Shown: positions 51,757 to 61,154 of the stretch, piece by piece | Position numbering within the stretch: the stretch's first letter is position 1 | Layout of the letters: each line of letters opens with the position of its first letter | From: Opitutales bacterium | Lineage (GTDB): Bacteria; Verrucomicrobiota; Verrucomicrobiia; Opitutales; UBA2987 | Assembly: GCA_965226885.1 (NCBI GenBank) | Contig: CBDDEL010000017.1 | Span: 1 to 64,000, forward strand | Direction of reading: 5' to 3' | Length of the DNA stretch: 64,000 nucleotides | Translations under genes and position numbers: made by a program | Notes under the pieces: model-generated | What the model saw: the letters and a program-made list of their open reading frames with translations, nothing else | Databases searched by the model: none | Told to the model about the DNA's origin: nothing

Positions 51757-53586
51757 GAGGCTGTCCCAAAAATATAAAGATTTTATAGTCAACTGGATGA
51801 CGTTGATAAAAAGAGCCGGAAAGAGCAAGTTTTTGCTCGATCCGGCCAAAAAAGGGTTCTATAATTGAGTTAGCGAAAATCAATATAGCCCTTTCTATGA
51901 AAAATATAGCCATCCAATGCCTCCTGCGTCCAGCTTTAACTGTGGTCGACCGGTGCCTCGATTACGATAACTTCCGCGCCACCATTGATCGAATCGATCG
52001 GCTGCTGATCGACTCGGAGGTGGAATCGCAGGCCATTGAGCTGGCCTTGGAGGGGTGGCCGCCAATGGGTCTAAAGGCCCGGCGGCAGCGGGCCAGTTTT
52101 GCCATCAAGGCACTGCGCATGGATACGCTGGGCCGTCTGCTCGGAGGGATTTCGTTTCGGCATTTGTCGCGGGCTCTGGGCAGCAGCGATCTGTTGGCCG
52201 ACTTTTGCCGTGTCCGGCAGATCGATGGCATCAGGGGCATCTCCAAAAGCACCCTGGAGCGGGCCTCGAAGTTTTTCAGCGAAGAGCAGTTGAGGGCCTT
52301 GCACCGGACCTTGACTGAGGTGGTGGGCGATGCCCTTCTGGCCCGGCAGGTGGGATTGGACAAGCCGATTGACACCACCATTTGCCTGATCGACGGCACC
52401 TGTTTGGAGGCTAACATTCATTGGCCGACGGACTGGGTATTACTCAAGGATGTAGCCGGCACGTTGCTCAAAGCGATCCGGCTGATCCGCGAGAAGGCCG
52501 GTTTGCGCCATCGCATGCCGATCGAACCGGAGCCCTTGGCTCGGCAGATGAATCGGCTGTGCATACAGATGACCCACAGCCGGCGGCGAAAGGACAGCGC
52601 GCGGCAGCGCAAGGGTATCTTGAGGCAGATTCTTGAGGCAGATGAAAAAGCTGCTCAAACGGATCGGGGAGCATGCCCGCAGTCACCGGGAATTATTGCA
52701 AGCCTGCTGGGAGCAAAGCGATTACAGCGAAAAACAGGTCCAACAGATCCTCGCCCGGATGGAGCGCATGAGCGAGCAAATCCCGGTGGTCATCAAACAG
52801 GCGCACGAGCGGATCATTGGCGGCCGCCAGGTGAAAAACGCAGAGAAAGTCTTGAGTGTTTACGAACTCGATGTGCAGGTGATTGTGCGAGGTAAAGCGG
52901 GCCAAGAGGTCGAGTTCGGCAACACCCTGTTTTTGGGAGAAAGCGTTGAAGGGTACCTGCTGGACTGGAAACTCTACGGCAGCCGAACTCCAAGCGAAAA
53001 TGAACAAATGCTAGAGAGTTTGCAAAGACAGAACCGCTTCAACCTGGAAGAACCCATAGCGGCCATGTGCGCGGACCGGGGATTTGCCTCCCAGCGGGCC
53101 CGCCGGCAGTTAGCCCAGGAGGGAATCTACGACGCGCTCTGTCCACGCGATCCGAAGCAGTTGAAAAAACGGATGGAGGAACCACTGTTCAGACAATTGC
53201 AAAAGCGCCGGGCCAGCACCGAAGGGCGGATCGGGGTATTGAAGAATCGCTGGCAGGCCGGGCGGTTGCGCAGCAAAGGCTTTGCCAACCGCTCGATCAG
53301 CGTAGCCTGGTCGGTACTCTCGCACAACCTATGGAAAGTAGCCAAGATGCTGGCCCAGCAAGACGAACTAAAAACCAAAGCGGCGGCCTAGAGAGCGGAA
53401 AAGCAAGGACAATACTTTTTCACAGCCTTACTGTCGGCTCATACAAAGAAAACCAGGCAACCGGACCCCAAAACCAGTATCCTAACGTCATAGGAGAGCA
53501 AAGTTGATACTCTCCCAAATGCAAATACCTCTAAAATGAGCGCCTATCAAAAGCCCTCGCAAAAATCACCCTTTTGGGACAGCCTC
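51757..53586 (+). mobile_element. IS5-like (IS5/ISNCY-type) element
   Basis: IRs GAGGCTGTCCCAAAA and TTTTGGGACAGCCTC; 6-bp target duplication TAGATA (51751-51756, 53587-53592). Confidence 0.88.
51897..53391 (+). pseudogene. DDE transposase frameshifted by a 13-bp tandem duplication
   Basis: DGTCLEANIHWPTD, RGKAG..VEFG, ADRGF, RASTEGRIG; TCTTGAGGCAGAT x2 at 52618-52643. Confidence 0.85.
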
Positions 53587-53653
53587 TAGATATAGGCAGA
53601 ATATACGCTGATAGAATTAAGTTTATTATTATTACTACCTATATTTTAATAAT

Positions 53654-55084
53654 TTAATCGTAGAGGGTTGTGGTGGTGGGGATGTTTTCTTTTATTAGGC
53701 CTGCTCGATTGGATATTTGGATGGCTCTTTGGCGGGCTTCCTGGAATAGTTTTGGTTCGTCGAGAGTGAGGATTTTGCCGTTTTTGTAGAGGGTTTTTCC
53801 GTCAACCCAGGTTTGGGCGATGGAGGCGGGGGAGGCGGACCAGACGAGGGCCTGGAGGGGGTCGAGGTAGGGCGTCCATTCGTAGTGGTTTAGGTCGAAT
53901 AGTATGAAGTCGGCTTTTTTGCCTTTTTCGAGGGAGCCGATTTGGTCGTCCCAGTTGAGGACGCGGGCGCCTTCGATGGTGGCCATGCGGAGGGCGCGGC
54001 GGGCGCCGACTTGAGTGGAGTCGATGCGGGCGTCTTTGAAGAGGCCGGCGACGACGAACATCTGGCGCATGAGGTTGAGGTTGCCGGAGGCGGAAACGCC
54101 GTCGGTGCCGAGGCCGACGCTGACGCCGGCATCCATCAATTCCGGGTATTTGCCGATTTTGGCGGCCCCTTTGCCCAATTTCAAGGAGGAGGAGGGGCAA
54201 AAAGCGATCTTGGTGCCGTGTTTGGCGAGGAGGGCGATTTCGTGGTCGGCCACGGCCAACCCGTGGGCGATGACGAGGTTGTCCCCCAGGCCGTTGTTTT
54301 TCTCGATGCGGGAAATGGGCCAGAGGTTATGCTTTTTTTGGCAGGCATGGGCCTCCTCGATGCTGGTGGCGAGGTGGTAGGTGGTGCCCACGCCGAGCTT
54401 TTCGGCCAAGGCCCGCGCGCCCACATGGAGGTCGAGGGTGCAGGGTTCCTTGCCTTCGATGTTGACCCAGCAGCGGATTCTGCCGTCGGCTGAATTATTC
54501 CATTGCTCGACGCAATCTCCGAGGGTCCGCAGGGCAGTTTCGGTATCGGGAAAAAAATGATGCTGCACCATCTCGTCGGACCAGCCGGGGGGAATTTTTT
54601 CGGGCGGATTGTCGGCCGCATGACGCCCGGTGATGCCCCGGATGCCCGTCTTCTGCATGGCCCGCACGGTGACCCCTGGATCGTTTTGCGCGCCCATGTC
54701 GAGCAGGCAGGTGGTGCCGCAGCGCAGCATTTCACCGACCCCGAGAAGGACGCTGACATATTCGTCCTCATCGGTCACGTGGGCGTAGAAGGGTTTGGCC
54801 CAATGAAATACCCAGGCTCGGGTGTTGAGGTTGTCGGGAAAAACCCCGCGCGAAAGCGTTTCCGAAAGGTGCACGTGGGTATCGACAAAACCGGGGCAGA
54901 GGCCCTTGCCGGAGCCGTCAATGATCTCATCGAAGGACTCGCGGCTGTGGCGGCCGAGGACATCATGAGCGGGGCCGATATCCTCGATGCGGTCGTTGTT
55001 GACGACCATTGCGGCGGGGGAAAAGACGGTGTCGCGGGCGTCCACGGTGAAGGCGAAGCTGAGGTTTTCGATTAAGGTGCGCAT
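53654..55084 (-). CDS. Metal-dependent amidohydrolase (TRZ/ATZ/SsnA deaminase-like)
   Basis: PGFVDTHVH, GTTC..D, GLGTDG, GSLE.GKKAD; start MRTLIENL. Confidence 0.85.
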   Translation of the reverse strand: MRTLIENLSFAFTVDARDTVFSPAAMVVNNDRIEDIGPAHDVLGRHSRESFDEIIDGSGKGLCPGFVDTHVHLSETLSRGVFPDNLNTRAWVFHWAKPFYAHVTDEDEYVSVLLGVGEMLRCGTTCLLDMGAQNDPGVTVRAMQKTGIRGITGRHAADNPPEKIPPGWSDEMVQHHFFPDTETALRTLGDCVEQWNNSADGRIRCWVNIEGKEPCTLDLHVGARALAEKLGVGTTYHLATSIEEAHACQKKHNLWPISRIEKNNGLGDNLVIAHGLAVADHEIALLAKHGTKIAFCPSSSLKLGKGAAKIGKYPELMDAGVSVGLGTDGVSASGNLNLMRQMFVVAGLFKDARIDSTQVGARRALRMATIEGARVLNWDDQIGSLEKGKKADFILFDLNHYEWTPYLDPLQALVWSASPASIAQTWVDGKTLYKNGKILTLDEPKLFQEARQRAIQISNRAGLIKENIPTTTTLYD

Positions 55085-55115
55085 GGGGGGGGTTGGATGC
55101 TGGATTCTGGATGCT

Positions 55116-56234
55116 TTAAGAAATGGGTAGCAGCTGGTCGGTGTTGGCGTAGTTTGACAGGAGTTCGGAACCGGTTTCCGTGACGAGAACCATATCTTTG
55201 TTTTGGAGGCCGAAGCCGTGGCCGGTTTTATAGACGAGGGGCTCGATGCCCAGGACCATGCCCGCTTCGAGCGGGGTGTCGGCATATTTGCCCAGATAGG
55301 GCTCCTCGTGAAGGTGCAAACCGATGCCGTGCCCAACGAAAGATATCGGCGGGAGGTTAAGGGCGGAAAGTTTGGCGATAAAGTCCTCGTAAATGGCGCG
55401 GGTGCTTTGGCCCGGTTTGATCATTTCCAGGATGCGGTATTTGCACTCCACCAAATGTGCCCAGATGCGTTCGGCGTGTTGGGGCGGTTGGCCGACAACG
55501 GCGGTTCGGCAGACACCCGCATGGTAACCGCCGATGATGGAGAAAATTTCCACCCGGCAGATGTCGCCATTTTTTAGAATGCGTTGGGTCGGGCCCACGT
55601 TGGGAAAAACGCTGCGCTCCCCCGTGGCCACGATCATGAGCTTGAAATGCTCCGCTCCGGCGGTGTAAACCCCCCGGGTGAGAGCTGAGGCGATGTCCAT
55701 CTCCGTGCTACCCACGCCGACCGCCCGGTAGGCATCGGTAATGGATTGATCGGATATGCGAGAGAGGCGGCGCAGAAGATCGATTTCCTGGGGCGTTTTT
55801 ATTTGCCGGAGCCGGTTGTAGAGGCTCTCGGCGGGGGCGAATTTCGCATTGGGCAAGAGTTTGCTGAGTCGCGCAAAATCTCCCGCTGGGAGGTAATCCA
55901 TTTCGACGCCGAGGCGGCCCTTGGCCAGGCCGAGGTCGTTGAGGAGGGCGGCCAGTGTTTCCATGGGATCATCCGTAAATTCCCCCCATACGCGAATTTC
56001 AGCACCTTTTGCGGCCCGGTTTCGGACGGTGCTTTCCTCCATATCGACGACCACAAGGGCGGATTGTCCGTCAGCCTTAACGATGGCCAGGGCGTGCCGC
56101 CAGCGCAGGATGGGCTGGGAGGGAATCGTGAACCCGGTCGTGTAAGCGAAATTTTCCGGAGAAATGGCGATCAAGGCGTCAAAGCCCGCCTCGGTCATGG
56201 CCTTCATCTGACGCTGGACGATTAATTGATTCAT
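55116..56234 (-). CDS. M24-fold hydrolase (creatinase/ectoine-hydrolase-like)
   Basis: Creatinase_N domain, LRQIKTPQEI, GHGIGL.LHE.P, IEP; metal-binding Asp residues absent. Confidence 0.82.
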   Translation of the reverse strand: MNQLIVQRQMKAMTEAGFDALIAISPENFAYTTGFTIPSQPILRWRHALAIVKADGQSALVVVDMEESTVRNRAAKGAEIRVWGEFTDDPMETLAALLNDLGLAKGRLGVEMDYLPAGDFARLSKLLPNAKFAPAESLYNRLRQIKTPQEIDLLRRLSRISDQSITDAYRAVGVGSTEMDIASALTRGVYTAGAEHFKLMIVATGERSVFPNVGPTQRILKNGDICRVEIFSIIGGYHAGVCRTAVVGQPPQHAERIWAHLVECKYRILEMIKPGQSTRAIYEDFIAKLSALNLPPISFVGHGIGLHLHEEPYLGKYADTPLEAGMVLGIEPLVYKTGHGFGLQNKDMVLVTETGSELLSNYANTDQLLPIS

Positions 56235-56379
56235 AGTGGGTTCCCTTCCAGCCAAGGAAATTTTCGACTGTCTGACCAGAGTTAATTTTTTGTTTGTCTA
56301 GGATTGTCCCATCAGGTAACTACGACCCTCCCTTAGGCAAAACTCGAATAGTTAAACAGAAATTAATTTAATTCAAAAT

Positions 56380-57156
56380 ATGAGCATTGAAGGAAGAGTC
56401 GCCTTAGTAACCGGGGGAGGGCAGGGCATCGGGCGTGGAATTGCCGAGCGCCTGGCCAAAGACGGGGCCACCGTCGCCATTGCCGATTTGAACGGGGAAA
56501 CGGCCGCCGAGGCTGCTTCCGATATTGTAGCCAGCGGAGGCAAGGCGCTTGCCGTGGTTATGGATGTGGCCAAAGAATCGAGTGTCAACGAAGCAGTGGA
56601 AAAAGTTGTGGCCGAGGTTGGGCCGGTTTCGATTTTGGTCAACAATGCGGGGATTTTTCGCGACACCCCGGCCCTGGAGGTCTCTTTGGATGAGTGGAAT
56701 TTCAATCTCGCGGTTATGCTGACGGGGCCCCTGCTTTGCGCCAGAGCAGTCGGGCCAGGCATGATTGAGCAGCGTTGGGGGCGCATCATTAACATGGCTT
56801 CGCTGATGAGTTTCGTAGCTTATGGGCGCGATGTAGGTTATTGCACGACGAAGACGGGACTGCTGGGCTTGACCCGTTCCCTGGCGGCCGAACTGGCCAA
56901 ACACAATGTGCTGGTCAACGCCATTTGCCCCGGAAATATCATGACGCCCATGCTGGAGGAAACGGGGCGGCTGGTTGAACTGCGCGATGGCATGGAGCCG
57001 GGTCAGTTTATCCGGGAGCGGTCCAACGACATACCGTTGGGGCGGCTGGGGCAGCCCGAGGACATCGCCAAAATGGCCTCTTATCTTTGCAGTGAAGATG
57101 CCGACTACGTCACCGGCCAGTCCCTGCACTTAAACGGCGGTCTATATAACACCTGA
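56380..57156 (+). CDS. Short-chain dehydrogenase/reductase
   Basis: TGGGQGIG, NNAG, YCTTK. Confidence 0.9.
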   Translation: MSIEGRVALVTGGGQGIGRGIAERLAKDGATVAIADLNGETAAEAASDIVASGGKALAVVMDVAKESSVNEAVEKVVAEVGPVSILVNNAGIFRDTPALEVSLDEWNFNLAVMLTGPLLCARAVGPGMIEQRWGRIINMASLMSFVAYGRDVGYCTTKTGLLGLTRSLAAELAKHNVLVNAICPGNIMTPMLEETGRLVELRDGMEPGQFIRERSNDIPLGRLGQPEDIAKMASYLCSEDADYVTGQSLHLNGGLYNT

Positions 57157-57246
57157 TTTATTTATTTTTGTTTTTTTCTAATAAATCAGAAACATGAACG
57201 TATATACAGTAGATCATCGCTCTTATATGCTAAAAATTTTTTAATT

Positions 57247-58281
57247 ATGCCAAAAAACAATCTCCAAAAATATAATCCCGATTTTCTGGTCCGGCTTTAC
57301 CGTGAAATGGTTCTTATCCGGCGTTTCGAGGAACGTGCCTCGGAGCTTCGCAATGCCGGGCATATTCCTGGTTTCCTGCATCCTTATATCGGACAGGAGG
57401 CGGTCGCGGTGGGGATTTGCGCGGTCCTGGGCGAAAATGATTTCATTGCCAGCACCCATCGCGGGCATGGGCATATTTTGGCGCAGGGCGGCGAGCCGAA
57501 ATACATGTATGCCGAACTTTATGCCCGGCAGGACGGTTATAACAGGGCCAAGGGGGGGTCTCTGCACCTCGCCAATATCGGGCTTGGTATCATCGGGGCC
57601 AACGGCATCGTGGGCGGTGGCCTACCGCTGGCGGTGGGCGCGGCCCTGGCCATCAAGCGGGCCAACGAGGCCGATTACCCCGGTTCGGAAAAATGCAAGG
57701 GAGGTGTCTCTGTGGTGTTTTTCGGTGACGGCGCCTCCAACGAGGGCTCTTTTCACGAATCCCTCAATCTGGCCGCTCTGTGGAAATTGCCGGTAATTTT
57801 TGTTTGCGAAAACAACCTTTACGGGGAGTTTACTTCGCAGGAAAAACATCAGACGATCAAAGATATTGCCTCGCGATCTTCCTCTTACAACATGCCGGGC
57901 CTCATCGCCGACGGCAATGATGTGCTCGATACTTTCCACGTCATGACGACAGCGGTTGACAATGCCCGAAAAGGGAAGGGGCCCACCTTGCTGGAGTGCA
58001 AGACCTACCGGCACCGAGGTCATTACGAGGGTGATATGGGCCGTTACCGGCCCGAGGAGGAAGTGGCATTCTGGATGGCCAAAGATCCCATTAACAATTT
58101 CGGCAAACGTCTCCTGGAGGAATCCGTAGCGACGGAAGAGAAGTTGAAAGAATTGGAAAGCGAAATCGGCAAACAACTGGATGAAGCGGCGGAATTTGCC
58201 GGCAACTCACCTCATCCCGATGCTGAGGAAGCGCTCGACCATGTATTTGTGGAAAGCTATAACGGGAGGGCCTTGTTATGA
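57247..58281 (+). CDS. TPP-dependent 2-oxoacid/acetoin dehydrogenase E1 alpha
   Basis: HPYIGQEA, STHRGHGH, FGDGA...ENN, TYR..GH. Confidence 0.9.
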   Translation: MPKNNLQKYNPDFLVRLYREMVLIRRFEERASELRNAGHIPGFLHPYIGQEAVAVGICAVLGENDFIASTHRGHGHILAQGGEPKYMYAELYARQDGYNRAKGGSLHLANIGLGIIGANGIVGGGLPLAVGAALAIKRANEADYPGSEKCKGGVSVVFFGDGASNEGSFHESLNLAALWKLPVIFVCENNLYGEFTSQEKHQTIKDIASRSSSYNMPGLIADGNDVLDTFHVMTTAVDNARKGKGPTLLECKTYRHRGHYEGDMGRYRPEEEVAFWMAKDPINNFGKRLLEESVATEEKLKELESEIGKQLDEAAEFAGNSPHPDAEEALDHVFVESYNGRALL

Positions 58282-59270
58282 GCAAAACAAAGACCCGTAG
58301 AATCAGTTATTCGCAGGCCATCAACGAGGCGTTGAGTGAGGAAATGGAGCGCGACCCTTCGATCCTGATGCTGGGGGAGGATGTCGCTGAACCCGGAGGC
58401 GTTTTCGGCGTGACGAAAGGGCTTTACAAGAAGTTTGGGACTTCGCGAGTGCTCGACACGCCCATTTCCGAAGAGGCCATGGTCGGCGCGGCACTGGGCG
58501 CTTCGCTTCTGGGTGTTCCTACCATCACGGAAATCATGTTCAGCGACTTCGTCACACTGGCCATGGACCAGTTGGTCAACCAAGCGGCTAAATTTCATTA
58601 CATGACGGGCGGGCGCACCAGCGTACCCATGTTGATCCGCATGGTTACAGGCACCGCTGGGGCCGCTGCGGCCCAACATTCCCAAAGCCTGGAAGCCTGG
58701 TTTACCCATACACCGGGTCTCAAGGTGGTCACAGCTTCCACTCCTTATGAGGCCAAAGGTTTGCTCAAAAGCTCCATCCGCGACCCCGATCCGGTCCTGT
58801 TTTTTGAGCACAAGCTGCTCTACAATAGCAAGGGCAAAGTCCCGGAAGAGGAATACACCTTGCCGCTGGGAGAGGGAGCCGTCATGCGTGAGGGATGCGA
58901 TGTCACCGTTGTGACCTACCTCAACATGCTACCCAAAGTCCTCCAGGCAGCCAAAAAGCTCGACCGTGAAGGGATTTCGGTGGAGGTCTGGAATCCGCGC
59001 AGCCTGGTGCCGTTTGACCGCGAGGGCCTGGGGCGGGCGATATGCAAAACCGGCCGTCTCCTGATTGTCCATGAAGCGCCCCAGCGCAGTGGATTCGGGG
59101 CGGAAATCGCAGCCATCGCGGCGGAGGAATATTTCCAGCACCTGAAGGCGCCGGTTTGCCGGTTGGGCGGAGCCAACACCCCCATGCCCTATGCTCCGGA
59201 AATGGAAAACCGGGTCGTTCCCCAGGTGGAAGACATTATGGAGGCGGTGCGCAAAATTTTTAATAACTAA
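58278..59270 (+). CDS. TPP-dependent dehydrogenase E1 beta
   Basis: GEDV, DTPISE, EIMFSDF, AAQHSQ. Confidence 0.9.
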   Translation: MSKTKTRRISYSQAINEALSEEMERDPSILMLGEDVAEPGGVFGVTKGLYKKFGTSRVLDTPISEEAMVGAALGASLLGVPTITEIMFSDFVTLAMDQLVNQAAKFHYMTGGRTSVPMLIRMVTGTAGAAAAQHSQSLEAWFTHTPGLKVVTASTPYEAKGLLKSSIRDPDPVLFFEHKLLYNSKGKVPEEEYTLPLGEGAVMREGCDVTVVTYLNMLPKVLQAAKKLDREGISVEVWNPRSLVPFDREGLGRAICKTGRLLIVHEAPQRSGFGAEIAAIAAEEYFQHLKAPVCRLGGANTPMPYAPEMENRVVPQVEDIMEAVRKIFNN

Positions 59271-59299
59271 ATTTAAAAAACCGGGAGATTGATTCTATT

Positions 59300-59578
59300 A
59301 TGGCGGAGACGGTAAAATTACCCAAATGGGGCCTTACCATGGAGGAGGCCACCATTGTCGAATGGCTGGTGGAGGAGGATGAAAGTGTTGAAAAAGGGGA
59401 GATAATTGCCGAAGTGGAAGCCGAGAAAGCCAATATCGAGCTGCCCTCGCCCTGTTCCGGCGTGGTGGCTAAAATCCTGGTCGAGGACGGAGAGGTGGCC
59501 GCTGTCGGCGATCCCCTCATGATCATCGCCTCTTCCGCGGAGGAGGCCAGTGCCATTCGGGAAAAAGAGGATTCCTGA
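59300..59578 (+). CDS. Stand-alone lipoyl-carrier domain protein
   Basis: LPKWGLTMEE...EVEAEKA..ELPSP.SG; ends after 92 aa. Confidence 0.85.
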   Translation: MAETVKLPKWGLTMEEATIVEWLVEEDESVEKGEIIAEVEAEKANIELPSPCSGVVAKILVEDGEVAAVGDPLMIIASSAEEASAIREKEDS

Positions 59579-59614
59579 GCGGAAAAAAAATGGGCCCAGG
59601 GCTTTTATTTTGTT

Positions 59615-61046
59615 ATGAAAATTTACCAAATTCCCGTCTGTGGGGGGAGTGAACGGGTCGTCACCGAGAGCTATTTTGATATAACGAATCCCGCCAATGG
59701 CGAGATCGTCTCCCGCATCCCGAAAATGACGGCCACCGATGTGGACCGGGCCGTTTCCGCCGCCACCGGGGCCATGGACGAAACCGATTGGGCCCATGAT
59801 GGCGTCCTGCGGGCCAAAGTCATGCTGCAATGGGCCGACCGGCTGGAGGGAAATATAAAGTCCATTGCCCGACAACTGACGCTGGAAAACGGAAAACTGA
59901 TCGGCGAGGCGACTTACGAAGTTAGCAGCCAGGTGGGAGTTATACGCTATAACGCCGGACTGGCCCGCACGGTGAGTGGGCGGTCCCACTCGCTCGTGCG
60001 CGATTCCTTTGCGGTGGTGGCGCGGGAACCGATAGGAGTGGTAGCCGTCATTTCGCCCTGGAACTGGCCCGTTACCCTGATGATCCGCGACCTTGCGCCG
60101 GCCCTGGCGGCCGGGAATGCCATTTTGGTCAAACCAGCCTCGCAACCGGCGGGAGTGAGCCTGGACGTTTTGCGTCTGCTAATTGAAGAGACGGATTTGC
60201 CTTCGGGCATTGTTCATGCCATTACTGGGTCCGGGCGGTCTGCCGGACAGGCTATGGTAGTGCATCCGGGGATCGACATGATCGCCTTTACGGGGGACAG
60301 CTCAACCGGCCGCAACATTATGCGGGACGCCTCGCCAACTTTGAAAAAAACGGCGCTCGAACTGGGTGGTAAATCGCCCATGGTGGTCTGTGCCGACGCT
60401 GGTGAGCGCGGTTTTCACAACCACTTCCGGGCAGATCTGCACGGCCCCGTCCCGACTGCTGGTGGAGCGCGCCATTGAGGATGAACTTTGCGGGCGGCTG
60501 AAAGAAGCGATATCAACCATCCGCGTAGGAGACGGCCTGGACCTGGCCTCCCAAATGGGCCCGCTGACCACCGGGGATCAATATAGAAAAGTTCTCAAAT
60601 TCATGGAAATGGGCCGTCAGGAATGCCGCTTGGTGGCGGGCGGGGAAACCTTGCAGGATGAAAGCTTGGCCAAAGGCAATTTTGTGGCCCCAGCCATTTT
60701 TACTGACGTGGCGGATGATTCACCCCTCAATCGGGAGGAAATATTCGGGCCCGTGCTGGTGATCAAGGCATTTGAGGGAGACGAAGAAGCCATTGCCCTG
60801 GCCAACGACACCGAATTCGGATTGGCTTCGGCCGTTTTTACGGAGAATGTGCACAGGGCCTGGCGCATCGCCCGCGCCATCAAAGCGGGAACCGTTTGGG
60901 TGAACACCTATAACCGGTTTTACCCGGAGGTCGAAGTGGGCGGCTACAAGCAGAGCGGTATCGGGCGTATGGCCGGTCTTGATGGGTTGCTCGAATTCAC
61001 CCAAACCAAGTTCATCAATTTCGACAGTATTGCGCCCCAGGGCTGA
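59615..61046 (+). pseudogene. Aldehyde dehydrogenase, frameshifted by a deletion near 60395
   Basis: PWNWP, FTG.S and LELGGKSP in one frame; SGQIC and EEIFGPV in another. Confidence 0.82.
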
Positions 61047-61154
61047 CTTCGCCCCATGCGGGCATTGATTTTATCGTTGTCCGAACGGTTTTTGCCTGAT
61101 TGAGTAGGGGAACTGTTTTCGGCGTCAAGCGCCAGCAATGAAGATTTAGGTATC

